Positions 14,900 through 28,900 of a stretch of DNA of 64,000 nt are shown here, in pieces; position 1 is the stretch's first letter, and each line of letters opens with the position of its first letter. The notes under the pieces are model-generated. The model did not search any database, had not been told where the DNA came from, and saw only the letters and a program-made list of their open reading frames with translations. The stretch is from the NCBI RefSeq assembly GCF_009914755.1, contig NC_060945.1. One strand, written 5' to 3'. The stretch is from the human T2T-CHM13v2.0 reference genome, Homo sapiens. The position numbers and the translations under genes were made by a program.

Positions 14900-15590
14900 A
14901 GCTTATTGAACATTTACAGTGTGCCAGGAATGTGCTAATTTACCTGGCAGGAGAGTGATGAATAAGACCAACATGGTCCCTGCCCCACAGGCACTTACAG
15001 TCAGTGAAGATCCCAGGATCTTGTGATGCTTGGAAAGGCATCTTCCTGTGGCATTAATCATCATACTGGGTGTTGCTTCATTCATTTATTCATTCATATG
15101 TTCATGAAATTACTTTTTCATTCACTCATATTTCCAACAAACATTTTTGCTTCACTTGGGCCACTGTTTTGGGGACTCACTAGTGAATGGAAGGTTCCTG
15201 CCTTCTGGAAGTTACAGCTACTAGGGTGCCCAAGGGCTGTATCTGGGCTAACTGCTAGATTAGCTGCCTAATTTGGACTTGCAAACAGCTGTTCCCAAGG
15301 TAGAAACAAGAACCCTAGTGGTATCTATTACATGCTTATGTTCTGCCTCTGAGAGGAGGAGACTAGGGAAAGCACCGAACTCAAATCACAGACAAATTTC
15401 AGTTTGCATCCTGCCTTCACCATAAACCAACTGGATGACCTTAGGCAGGTCACTTATTTTCTCTGATTCATAGTTAGAATTCTGACTTCAAAGGGTAATA
15501 GGAGTAAGTGAGATAAACTATATGGAAAGCAAGTATCACAATTTCTGGCCATAGTAAATGCTCAATAAGTCTGAATAACCTTTATGATTG
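14900..15590. mobile_element. L2 and MIR fragments
   Basis: TTATTGAACATTTACAGTGTGCCAGG, a (TTCA)n L2 tail, and MIR core GACCTTAGGCAGGTCACTTA ... CATAGTAAATGCTCAATAA. Confidence 0.65.
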
Positions 15591-15870
15591 TATTACTAAA
15601 AAGGAAAAGAAATCCATGCCAAGGGACTTATCTGATGTTCATTGGTGAGACCACACACATTTGCTCCAGGATAAGGCTCAAGTAATAGTGTTTTGTTCAC
15701 AGCTACAGTCTTGACAGACACACTCTTCAGGCTGGAGAGGAGCTGGGCTCAGGAGATTAAATGGTAAAGGGGCAAATTTCCAAAGATTGGAAATTTGGGA
15801 TTAGGATGGAGAAGGCAGGAACTCAGTATCTCAACCAACTCATGTTTCTATTAAAAAATACTGGATTCAG

Positions 15871-16189
<319 letters not shown>

Positions 16190-16534
16190 TCAAAAATTTA
16201 AATTTGAGCCTTTATGCATACTGGTTTTCCAGGCTAAATGATGTCTGATGCAGCCACTTTACTGAGGCCATTTTGTGATGGGTTATTTTCAGCTTTTTAA
16301 TCATCAATAATGGGTAAAACAGGCCTTCTACTCCTTGATCCCCATTCCCTTCCATTTGAAATGGGAAGTTAGGGATAAGGTAGAGTTGAGGTTAGTGGTG
16401 AGCTCAGAGGTGTACACGGCATATATCACACAAGAAGAAAGGAGAATGCTTTTATCTTTTGATGCAGCAATATTAAAATGTCTCTAGAGTCAACAATGAC
16501 CCTTTTAAATAATTCATGTCAGAATGTCCTGTTG

Positions 16535-19500
16535 CTTCTAGTTTCAGTTCCAAAATTTAAAGAGCTTGAGAGTCATCACTCTTGTTTTTATAAGAAAAAA
16601 TGCTGAACAAACTGAAAATCCATGACTTTTCTTAAGTCCAATGGAAAGCTGAAGTTGCAGGGCAAACTGCAACCCCAAATTTTGAGAAGCAGGCAAATAT
16701 AGAGAATCATAGTGAGGTCTGCTTGCTGGGAGCAGAATTTCTGAATTCATAAACTGATGAGAACACTTAATGGTGATTTTGACAGATTGCTAGAGGCTCA
16801 GTACAGACTAGTGTGCGAATAAGACACTCCTAGGGGCTACAGTTTCAGGAGGAAGTGCACTGTTGTGGGTTTTTCATTCAGGAACTCCACCAGATTCTCA
16901 CAGGATCCAATATATTATTATAACAGTGGGTTATGGCTGAAAGAGCTTCAACATACTGACTAAGGAGGAGTTCATAGAGAAGCTCACAGATGACATGGGA
17001 GACAAAAACAAGGACGCTAGAGGAATTTGAAGTCTCTGGTACCTTCTGAAAACATTAAATACAGCCCAACTCTTGGGTACATGAGAATAATAACTCACGC
17101 TAAAGGCCTACTAAGTTCCTATTGCCTGATAAATCATGTTAAACTTTCAATAAAAAATTACAAGAAAGGCAAGAAAAAAACACAGTCTGAAGAGATAAAG
17201 CAAGCATCAGAACCAGACCCAGATGTGACACAGATTTTGGAATTACAAGACAGGGAATTTAACAATGATTAACATGTTAATGGCTCTAGTGGAAAAAGAA
17301 GACAAGGTGCAAGAAGAGATGGATGATGTAGGCAGGGAGATGGAAACTTTTTTTTTTTTTTTTTTTGAGACAGTGTCTCGCTCTGTCGCCCACACTGGAG
17401 TGCAGTGGCGCAATCTTGGCTTACTGCAACCTCCGCCTCCTGGGTTCAAGTGATTCTCCTCCTCAGCCTCCCGAGTAGCTGGGATTACAGGCACCTGCCA
17501 CCACGCCCAGCTATTTTTTCTTTTTTTTTGTAATTTTTGGTAGAGACAGGGTTTCACCATGTTGGCTAGGTTGGTCTCGAACTCCTGACCCCAGGTGATC
17601 CACCCACTTCGGCCTTCCAAAGTGCTGGGATTACAGGCATGAGCCACCGTGCCCAGCCTGAAACTCTTAACACTCAAAAGCAAATTCTAAAAACCAAAAG
17701 CACCCTAACAGAAATGAGGAATGGCTTACTTAGTAGACAGAACATGACAAAGCAAAGAACCAATGAACTTGAAGATACAGAAACTTACCAAACAAAAAGA
17801 TAAAGAGGAAAAAGAAAGAACATCCAAGAACTGTGAGAAAGTTTCAAAAGATGTAATGTGTAATTGGAATACCAGATGGAGAAGAAAAAGAAAACAGTGG
17901 AAGAAATACTTGAAGTATTAATGGCTATGAATTTTCCAAAATTAATGACAGATACCAAACCACAGATCCAGAAAGCTCAGAGAACACCAAGCATAATAAA
18001 TACCAAATCTACACCCAGGCATATCATATTTAAACTGCAAAAAACCAAAGAGAAGAGAAAATCTTGAAAGAAGCTAGAGAGGGGGAAAAGCCAACACCTT
18101 ATCCATAGAGGAAAAAGGATAAGAATTACATTATCTTTCTCTTCAGAAACCATGCAAACACAAAGAAAGGAGAATACATGAAGTGTTGCAACAAAAAAGC
18201 TACCAAACTATTATTCTGCATTCAGCAAAATTATCCTTCAAATTCAAAGAAATAAGGATATTTTCTGACAAACAAAACTGGAATAATTCATTGCCAGCTG
18301 ACCTGCCCTATGAGAAATGTCAAAAAGAACTGCATAAAAAAGGAAGAGCATTAGAAAAGTACTATATTAAGGTAAAATTAAGTTTTATTTTTCTTAACTG
18401 ATCTGAAAGATAACTGTTTACAATAATAGTAACAAAGTATTGAGTGATTATAGCATGTGGATAAATGAAATAAAAGGCAGTAATGATATAAACAGGAAGG
18501 AAGAAGTGGTAGTTATTTGATGCTAGATGTAGATTAGTTATACATGTACTTTTCAAACTTTAGGGCAGTAACTAAAAACATTTTTAAAAAGAATGATTAA
18601 TATGCTAACAGAGGAGATAAAATGGAATCATATAAAATGTTCAGTTAAACCTATAAAAGGTAGAAAAAGAGGTGTGGGGGGAAGAATCAGGTGCAACAAA
18701 TATAAAAGTTATAAATATGATTGATACTACTGCAGTTATATTAATACTTAGGTTAAATATGAATACTCTAAATGCACCAATTTAAAGACAGAGATTGGCA
18801 GTGTGGATTAAAGACAAGACCCAACTACATATTGTCTACAAGGGACCTATTTTAAATAAAAATATTTATACAGATTACAAGTAAAGGGATGGAAAAAGGT
18901 ACACCATGCTAACACTGATTGAAAGAAAGCCAGAGCAGCGATGTTAATTTTATACAAAGCTGACTTCAGAGGAAGGACAATTTTCAGGGATAAAGAAGGG
19001 AATTACATGATGATAATGTGGGTGAATTCTCTAAGAAGACAGCATCTTTAATATATGTCCACCTAAAAACTGAGTGTCAAAAAACATGAGGCAAAAACTG
19101 ATAGAACTACACGGAGAAATAGGTAAATACGCTATTACAATTGGAGACTTCAACAACCCTCTTTCAGTAATTGATACATCAAGCAGGCAGAAAATTAAGA
19201 CACAGTTGACCTAAACGGCACTACCAGTCAACTTGATCTAATTAACATTTATGGAATACTCTAACAACAGCAGAATACACATTCTTCAGCTCACATGGAA
19301 GATTCACCAAGATAAGCCATATTCTGGGCCACAAAACACACTTTAAGATCCTTAAAAGTATAGAAAGCATACAAAGTATTTTCTCAGACCACATGGATTT
19401 AAATTAAAAAGCCAATAATAGATAACTGGAAAATCTCCAAATATTTGGAGATTAAACAACATACTTCTACATTAGACATGAGTCAAATAAAAAGTCTCAA

Positions 19501-19800
19501 GAGAAATTAAAAAATGTTTTGAACTAAATGAAAATACAACTTATTACAATTTTTGGATGCAGATAGAACAGTACTTAGAGGGAAATTTATAGCATTGAAT
19601 ACATATATTAGAAAAGAAAGATCCAGAATCAGTCACTGAAGCTTCCACCTCAGGAGACTGGAGAAAATAGCAATACAGACCTCAAGCAAGCAGAAGAGAA
19701 GAAATAATAAAAATTAGACTAGGAACCAGTGAAATTAAGTACAGGAAAATAATAGACAAAATCAATAGAACAAAATATCTTGTTCTTTGAAAAGTTCAAA
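16535..19800 (+). mobile_element. Old L1 (L1M-type) remnant: 5'UTR, ORF1 and ORF2 endonuclease region; antisense to RUNX1; interrupted by an Alu
   Basis: ORF1-like NFPKLMTDTKPQIQKAQRTPS...PRHIIFKL (17864-18067). ORF2 EN motifs CTAAATGCACCAATT..GACAGAGATTGGCAG, GGAGACTTCAAC (GDFN) and TCAGACCAC (SDH). Many stops and frameshifts. Confidence 0.88.
17348..17658 (-). mobile_element. Alu (AluS) nested in L1
   Basis: Full reverse-complement dimer with poly(T). Confidence 0.95.
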
Positions 19801-22800
19801 ACATCCCTCTTTGTCCTCGTGCTCCCCACAGGCGCTGGGAGAAGATGGATAGAGACCCCTCCCGGCCCTCCTCTGACTGTCCACTCTAGGGTCTTTTAAA
19901 CACCCACCCTCAGAAGCTGGGTTTCCAACAGCACCCCTTGAGCGGTGGCACCCTTCATCCTGGGCTTGGAGAAGGTTATAGTTAGAAAGCCCCTTCCTTG
20001 ATTGTGTGGCTGACATCTTTAAAACGCCAGGTCTTTCAGTCATCTCTCAGAGCTATTTAAAAATAAAAGTCACATAGACCACAGGGTTCTACCATCTATT
20101 TTTGAAAAAGGCAAATCAGCTTGGTGAACATATAAACCCTAGGGGCAGCCCTGGTTATTTCCCTGGAGGAATTTTTTCCCTCCTTCATCCTGGAGGAAGG
20201 TAGGGACGTTCCCAGGGTTCCCTCCAGATTCACCTCAGTCATGGGGAGCTGGTGTAATGCCCTCTTGGAGACCTCAGAACACACAACAGGATGTGACTCA
20301 GGACTCAGAGATGTGAGTCAGTTTCCAGGGTGATGTGTTAGGGCGAGCCCCAGTGGTGGTTTGCATCTCACTGTCTGGGACCCCTGGGAAGAAAGGCCTA
20401 GGCTCCCCTTGCAGACAAAGGGGGTGACCCCAGATGCTTCCCAGCATCACATCTGTCAGAGGTGTGTGATGTCAGGGGCCTTTCAGAGTCCCTGGGGGTG
20501 GGTGACTCTGCTCTGAAAGGGACATTTCCCTGAAAGTTCCACTGTCTTTGAGAAGCAGTGTTTCCTCTGGCCTCTGCAGCAGGGAGCAAAGCTCCGGCAC
20601 AGCACAAGTAAGAAGAGCAGTCACCTATTCCTACTACAGGTACCCCCAGGTAGCAGACACCGGCTCAGCACACTGTTGCTATATCATTGAAATCCCATGA
20701 TAACATGAGTCAGTCAGCACCAGCTCTGGATCCTGGAAAAAAGGGAGGTTGTGAAACAGCTCCAGGATTTGCCAACCGTTCGTCTCTGGCCGGCTGCAGA
20801 CATCTTGGTTAGTCATGTGTAGCTCAGATGCATTCGTTGTTCCAGCAATTACTTTGAAGAGAAGCAGACAGACCAAGCCGGGGCAGAACCCTGCCTGGGT
20901 ATGCTGTTTTAAAGGCCTCAGGTTTTGAGGGATCCCATCCTCACTGCCGACCTGCCAGCCTGGGAGGTGGCAGGCTGCCTGCGGGAAGGAAGAAGGGAGC
21001 CCTGTGTCCGCCTCTCCACCACTCCCTGCTTCCGGGACCCGTATTCATCACCTCGCCGGGGAAGCTTTGTGGCTTTGTGGTCAGGGCCCTGTGAATCAAG
21101 AATGCTGGTTCCTCACATCAGGCCGCCCCCAACCCTGCTGGTTCACCCTGGAGTCCTTTTCTTTTCAAACCTCTGTTTCCTCACCTCTAAAAATGGGGGT
21201 AACCAGGCTCACTTGCCTCACAGGTGTGAGAGTTAATTAATGTTTGTGGGGCAGCTTTGAGATCCACAGATGAAAGGTGCTCTATAAACGCAAAGTGCAA
21301 TTCCTCATTAGCACTGTCAGACAGTTCCCAGGGGAAACAGTTCACCCTGCACCACGAGGCTGCTACCCTCAGCCAGATGAGTCTGAGACACGTCTGGGAA
21401 AGGGCTACGTATTTAGGCAGAGTGCTTTTGGAGGGAGGGTTCAAGGATAGGTCACTAGCTTCCAGAAAAGATGGGTGTTTTTAGAACATGTCTCATTCTC
21501 AGTTGGCATCGTGTCCCTGAGGCAGAGGGAGAGTGGCCTTCAGTGCACACAGCTGGAGGGACCATAGTTCAGAGGGAACAGAAGGCACCTTCTGGTTTCT
21601 GCTGCCTCCTCCCTTGCAGACAGATTCTTTCTCTGTACTTTGTTAAATAAACATTTGTTGCAGACATCTTTTCCATAAGGATCTTCTGCACTGTGCACTT
21701 TCTGCACCTCTGCCCCCCGTATACAACTTTCCAGGCCTGAAGGAGCTCTACAGACAGGTTGGGTACATTCCTGCAACACCAGCACATCATGGATGTTTAG
21801 ATTCTTCTATGGCCACCCTATTTATTTCCTTCCACTCCTCCATGTCCTTCTTCTCCAGGAGGGTAAAGACAACTTTCTGCTCCCTTCTACTCCTCTGGCA
21901 CCTTTGCCCCGCTTAGTTCCTTGAAAAACATGAGCCAGAAATATTGTGTTGAGGGCTGGGATATCTCAAGCAGCCTCCATCCTGAGACTGGACCCTTGGT
22001 GGAGAATGAGGATACTCACTCCAGTAAAACAAATCACTGACACCTCAAGTGGGAGCTGGGAAGCTTCAAGCAGAAGAGGCACAGCATCTCCCAGGACTGC
22101 ACACAGCTAAAGAAACAGAATTTTCTGAAGAACACTCCATTGAGGTGGCACCTGATATCAAGAGGATTGTGCACGCTTGATAGTCTATGCTTGGAAGGCC
22201 TGGGTTGGGAGACTGTCATCTCCAACCTGCAGTCCAGGCTGGGCATGGAAGGCCGTGCTTTACAGCCAATCTCCACTGTGCTGATGAGGGGCCGGTGGGA
22301 TTTCCTAGAGAGGCACCTGTGATATCTCTGGCTAAACAGATACAGTTAAGAGCTGTCCCTGGGGCAGATCATGTTAAGTAACATGGCTGAGATTTGCCAG
22401 GGTCCATGTAATGCCTTAGGGTGTCAGCACGCAAGAAAAAAAAAGAAGTGACTTTACGTCTGGGACTACAGAGGCTACAAAATGATGAACCCCCTAACCT
22501 ATGAGTTGTCGATATTGGAGAATACGATGCTTTTGAGCCCAGCTCAGATGGAGATCTGTTCCACACAGGTGTGTGTCATGCCAGTTTGCAGCCTGGGCTT
22601 CCTCTGGTGACTACCCCATCCATCTCTGCCACTGCCCCAGCTCTCTGTGCCCAAGTGCTGTCCCTGAGCCAGACCTCTGGTGGGAGAGGCCGAGGGGGCA
22701 TGGAGCAGTGATCTCAAAAGCCTTCCTCTCTACACAAACCCAACCACGGGTTTCTCAGTGGGCATTCTCCTAGCTGCAGCCTTAGTTTTTACTTTGGCAC

Positions 22801-25685
22801 TTTTTTGATGTTGTAAAATGTTAGAACTGTTTGAAAAATTCTAGAGTGGCTTGAAGCCCAGCAAGCAGTCTCTGTTGTCTTCTGCTTCCATATGACATGG
22901 GCCCTAAGGCAGGCTTATTGGATTTTATGCCAGGGATTCTGGTTTTAAGCAGCAAACTCTGAGGCATGGCATTCTAATAAAATCAGAAGAAAAACTCATA
23001 TGAATGGGGGAAAAGGAGAATTCAAAACAATAAACATGAAATATGGCTTAACATAAAGATGCTTTTGTTTGTTCTGGCCCCAAACATTTTCAGGATTTGG
23101 GAACCTCATCCCAGAGCTGTCTCTCTAAAAGCCAAAAGGGCTTCAGTAAGGATACAATAAGGGCATAGTTCTGCAGTCTGAGAGGTAAGGACAGAGACCC
23201 TAGCTTGGCCCCTCACTCACAGTGTGCTGAAGCAAGTAACTTAATGCCTTGGAGACTCAGTTTCCCCCCATAAGGAGATGTTATTGCATCTGTCCCTTAG
23301 ATTCCTGGGAGGGTGAAATGTGCCCCTCTGCCCGATATTGTCAATGCAGTAGCTGGCACCTTGAAGGCAGGAAACAGTCTTCTCTCCCCTGCCCTTCCAG
23401 GAAAGGATAACAGTGTCTGGAGAGTACTGTTGGCTTAGCTGGTTGTTGCTCCAGGTAACAGAAGAGGGAGAGGCTTGGTCTCACAAAGCCACCAGAAATG
23501 AGACCTTCCTTAGGCAGCCAGAGTTCCAAGGTGCACTATTCCAGCGGGGTAGCATGCACCGCTAGGATGCAACATAAGCCCTTCCTCCTGCAGAGCAGCA
23601 GCCTCCTCCTTCACAAGGAGCACCATAGCCACCCTGCAGAACACAGCTGCGTCAGGGCCTCACAGCAGTGTTGCACCGTGCCAGCCACAACACAGATTCT
23701 GAAAGCTGCATTTTACAAATCGAGGATTCACTGCTCTTTGTCTTGTGAAGTGTGACCCACAATGAATGGCAACCGTTCTTTCTTTAAGAGCTTCCATTCC
23801 ATGCTCCCAATTTGAAGGATATCCTGACAAAGGGAAGTAGAATTCCCCAAGTGGAAGTGCCTCGTCCCCTTCAATAAACGCGAGTGAAATCAAAGGGCTG
23901 CTTCTGTGCTCTCTTCCTCTGTTTTTCTCATGCAGTCCTCCCATCTGACTACCTTGTCACAGCTCTTCTTTTCCTACCTGCATCCTCTTCACCTTGTTTT
24001 CCTTTCCCACACATCAGGCCAAGGCTTCTAGAATTCCTTGCAGCAAGAGCTGGAGGACAGAACCTCAGGGAACTGCCCTGTGGGAATGCTTCATGTCGTC
24101 TTCTACACGCCCTCTGACCTGGCCGCTGCACACAGGTCTTTCACTCTATGTGATTCCCTGGCTGCCCCTTCACCTCCAAGAGCTCTGAACGGCTTTACAA
24201 CTAGGAAGTCTCTGAATGTGCAGAACAATGAGTTTCTCTTTCAGCAGGGCCTTGCCACCCCAGTTGTTTTTATTCCCCCCTCTGATATGCTAGAGATAAT
24301 GATAGATCCAGGAAGTATATTTTCTTCACACTAGGAGGGGCCTTGCCCCACAACTGGAGACATGCCATTCCTGTCTTTACTGTCTGTTCTGATGGGAGCT
24401 CCTGAGAGATGGCAGGACAGGCAGCCTTCATTCCTAAACACAGTGTCCTGCAGACCCACCCGCTCCAGCTTATTTTTCACAGACATATTTCTGGAGGAGT
24501 AGTGTTTATTATACCTCTGAAACTCAAGGCTTCTCCATGCACAGAAATAGCCTCCAAGAAACAGCCCTCTATACCCCCGAGAAATGCCCCCAAGAAACCT
24601 CCATGCCCCTGAGAAATAGCTCTCTTGCACCTCTCTATTTTTTGAAATTTCTTAAATATTTGCCACCAAGCAACAGAGTGAATAAGAGGCTAAAATGTTC
24701 CCTCATTTGGTGACAAGTTCCTATGCAAGTTTTGAATTATTTGGAATAATTGGATTTCTTTGGCTTGTGAGCCAAGGGGAATCACTATCACTTTCTTCTA
24801 TGGTATCAGAAAACTCCCTCTTTCTTCTAAGTTCCCCTGCTGCAGTCTTCTCCCCCACCTTCATGTGAGAGCTACACAAGGGGAATTTGTTCACTTAAGT
24901 TTGCAGCCATTTTGCACACCCCAAAGAGTTGACCTTGATGTGAACTAATTGGGATTGCAGTGGGTTAATAACACAGGTTGGTGAGGTGGAATTTGCAGCA
25001 TAAAGGAAACACTTGAAGATAAGAGCCATTTGTGCTTTCATAAGCTCATCCCTGGTGCTCTGAACAAAGGACACAAACTAATAAAGTCAGATTCATCTAG
25101 GGGCAATCTACACTCGCTCACCCCAAACTCTGATTCAGAAAGGCAAATGGAAATCTGCCAGAATTCTTTTAAACTCCAACACAGATCTCGATTTAAAAAA
25201 TGACACACACAAAACCGCTTGGTAATAAGCAGACCTCTGATGATCTAAAGATCCACAGCTTCGTTTATTGACTTAGAGAAAGTAAATGGCATTTCAAATA
25301 CAACCTTCATACTTCAATAGATGAGGTCACCCTGAGAAAGATGATACTCAGCCCAGCAGTGGGAAACCTCCCTCCAGAGAACTGCTTTGATTTACAAGGC
25401 CAAGGAAGGCTTTCTCATAGAAGCCATATACTTGGGCTAAAATGGAGTAATTTTTTTTAAAAAAATTAAATGTAGAGGTTGAGATAGCAGACAACTATGA
25501 AACTCTTGCTCAACAAGAGGGATGACCTATGGAAGACAGGAATGCTAGGACCTACAGAACTGAAGGGTCAAAATTGACTTACTACCAAGTTTAGATAGCT
25601 AAGTAACTCACATTTTTTTCAGGCATTGAGATCCTGTGTATATTGACTAGAAGATCCTTGTGAATTTCCCAATTACTCTTAAATA

Positions 25686-25905
25686 GCGATCATCAAACGG
25701 GTGATTTCTCCTCCAGGGGATTTCTGGCAATGTCTGGAGACATTTTTGGTTGCCACAACTGAGGAAGGGGGAGTGCTACTGTCATCTAGTACGTGGAGGC
25801 CAGGAATGCTGCTCAACATCCTACAATGCACAGGATGGCCCCTACAACAGAGAATGATCCTGCCCACAAGATCAAGCGTGCCCTAAAGTGTCAAAGAAAA
25901 CCTTG
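25686..25905. mobile_element. MER20 hAT DNA transposon
   Basis: GGCAATGTCTGGAGACATTTTTGGTTGCCACAACT...CATCCTACAATGCACAGGA. Confidence 0.8.
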
Positions 25906-28900
25906 CTCAGGGAAAGCACACACTGCCACAATGGTTTCAGCTACCATGATGACAAGACGGAAGATGTGACTTCTAGAGGTGCTCTTCAGGATCGGGGAAA
26001 GCTAACACAGCATTGTCCCCTGGGCACAGTACAAATGAACTGAGGGGTATGAGGAGATGAGGTGTGTGGTGAGCACTTTCTGGAGCCCTTGTGAGAATCC
26101 TGGGTGGCTGCAGTCATGATGCACCCAGGGGGAAACTCCATCCCCATGTAAGGTTTAAGGCGACTGCTCTCTCAGTCTCATGGCCTGGCACCCAGACTTA
26201 GAGCTGGCATGTTGAGCCCTGGGTGAGCTGCAGGTGTGAACTACCAACAAGACTGCTCCTGAGCTGACCGTCGGCTTTGCCATCTGGGAGGGTACAGGCT
26301 AGCACTTGCCTCTCCTGGGCTTCCTGGGCATGAGTCACATGTAACTAGATAATGACGCAAATCACCGTCAACATTACTTAAGGTTTCATTCTAATGTCTT
26401 ATGGAATGATAGAGCAGAAAGCAACCTCCGAGACAGCAGAGACAACCATGCCAGCCCCATCTCAGAGAAAGCTGCAGTGCGGAATGGTGAAGGGACTCCC
26501 CCTATTCTCCACAGCAGATAGCAACAGAGCAGGGACAGACCTTCTGGCTCTTTGTAGACTACTGCTTTAACTACATGATAGTTAGAAACTATAACCCTCC
26601 CATCAATCTAGTTACCATGTACTGACAAAACAAAAAGACCTAGCTAAACCTCAAAAAAAAAGAAGTCACTGGAAAGCACATTGTCCAGATGGTTCTGGTG
26701 GGGAGCACCTTTGCCTGCTTATAGCTCTGTGAGATCCTGAGCTTGGTGAGATGGACTGGGAAGTCCTAACTTCATTTATGTCTTCTCTCCACCCTGAAAC
26801 GATGCCAAAATGACCCCAAATCTCAAATAAAAGTTGGTGTCTGTTGCTGTAAATGTACAAATAACCCAAAGTCAAAATTAGGGATGGAAGTTACCATTCC
26901 TTTTGCCTTCTGTGTTTTGAGGTGGTCGTGGGGAGGAGGAAGGCTTTCAGGGACAAGCAGACGGCGACAGGGATCACACTGTCACCTGTGTGCGCCTTTT
27001 CTTCTAATGGCCTTAAACTGCCAAGTGGCTGCAACTGCAGCGTGCTGATTTTAAACGCTTTTATGGAAAGCACCATCCCCTTTTCGACTAGCATCACTTA
27101 AAATAATGAGTTAGATGCACTTGTATTATTCTGTCTTTCAAGTGGATTAAATTCACAGGCTCGCTCTCCTCCAGTCTCGCAAGCTTTGGCCTGGCTGTCT
27201 GAACCTCCAGATTAGACTGATGAGCACATGCCAGACAGCAATGAAATGCAATTACCCAGGCAAACTTTTGAAGGATTTGAGCCCTGGGGCACAGGCTGTT
27301 TACGAAAGACTAAAAGCACCGTTTGTGCTGAGCAGGACCAGTTGCCTCCGTCTTTTCCAGTTCTGGATCCTGCCTGCCACTGGACTGCAGGCAGGATTTC
27401 TGGGGGCCTGATAACATCAGGCTTCTGTCCACACCTCAGCACCTCGGGGTCTTTGCTCTGTTTTTCAACAAGAAAATGCAAGTACCAACAAAAGCCTATT
27501 ATAACATCTCCCTTTGTGTTCACTGACTGACTCTCTCTCTCTCATTGACTTATTTTTTTGTATTGTGTACTACCCCGAAAAAATGCAGCCAGGAATCATC
27601 CTATAGCTGACTGGCTGTGTAACTTCTTTGGAAATGAACAACCTTTCCAAAAAACAGGAACTTCCCGTCTTCTTTGAAAAAAAAAATTAAAAAGCAAACC
27701 AGTCTCAACAGCACCTCTGAATTACCTTCCCCTTGATTTGAACAAAAGAGGTTTCAGAGGAACAGAGGTGGAGGGAAGAGAAAACAAAGAATGGGCAAAG
27801 GGAAGGTTGACAAGGAGAGTGACCATGGTCTCCCCTCTGCTGACCCAGACTTTTTTTTGTTTGTGTGTTTTAGACAACTGTGGGTGACACAGAGGTGTTG
27901 GAATGGTTCTTCATCCATTCAGCTGAAAATTAAAATGTAATTCTGCTAGGAGAATGCTGGGGAGGGGAGGGACTGGGGAAGGTTCCTTGGCTTTTGTAGT
28001 TGCTGTGGAGGAAGCACCAAGTGAAGCCAGCAGGATGGCAGCACTGAAACGCTCCAGGGCTGGGGTTGGGGGTCCTGAAGCCCCCGCCATAGGGCACAGG
28101 GTGGGTGTGGGAAAGAAGCTTCCATGAGGAGTGGGAAAATACGAGGGATAGCAAGAAAAAGAGTAAACTTGGAAGGATGGGTTTCAGAAGTGCTGGAACC
28201 AAGAACAAGCTAGAATGCTTTTAGAGAAGGAGGCCACACAGGGGCACATGTGCACACCAAGGAAGGAGGAAGAACGCCACTGCCAGGAGCTAGCAGTGAG
28301 TAGGGGTTGGGATCCAAGGAAGTGGTAGGTAAATCATGCACTCTTACTCTGGGGTCGAGATGTCTTACAAAATGTGGAAAGCAGGGTCAGGATTCAGAAG
28401 GCAGCCTCCGATGAGGCTGAGCAGTCTTTAGAGGAAGGAAGATGAAAAGAAAGAAGCTGGGATGAGAGAGTTTGGCCTCAGAGAGGGAATGGGAAAGGGC
28501 AGGGGGGCTCACTAGCTTAGTTAGCAGAAGGCTGTGAAAGTGATGAGGGCCAGAAAGCCAAGAAGCATGGAGACTTCCTAGGCTCCTCCTCATCACAAAC
28601 AAGAAGGGAAATGGCCCAAGAAAGGGCAGGTGGTGCCAGCCAGGCTCTCCCCCCAGGTTCCCAGCTGGGATCTGGGAAAGGAGAAGGAAAGAATGGAGAA
28701 AGGAAACAGCCAAAGGGCCCCAGCAGAGAGTTGGTGCTATGTAAGGAAAGAAATTGTTTAGGGCAGGATATTCTGAAATTAACTTAAAACCTAAAACAAA
28801 CAGTTTTGACTTGCTGTCCCAGGAGCAAGGAAAAATCCTTCCTCAACGACTCATGCACCCCTTTCTCTGCAGCTCTGGGCTAGGTTCGTGGGGGTCCTGG

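Noticed and set aside
17864-19800. L1 ORF1/ORF2 as functional genes
   Set aside because: Heavily mutated and truncated before the reverse transcriptase domain.
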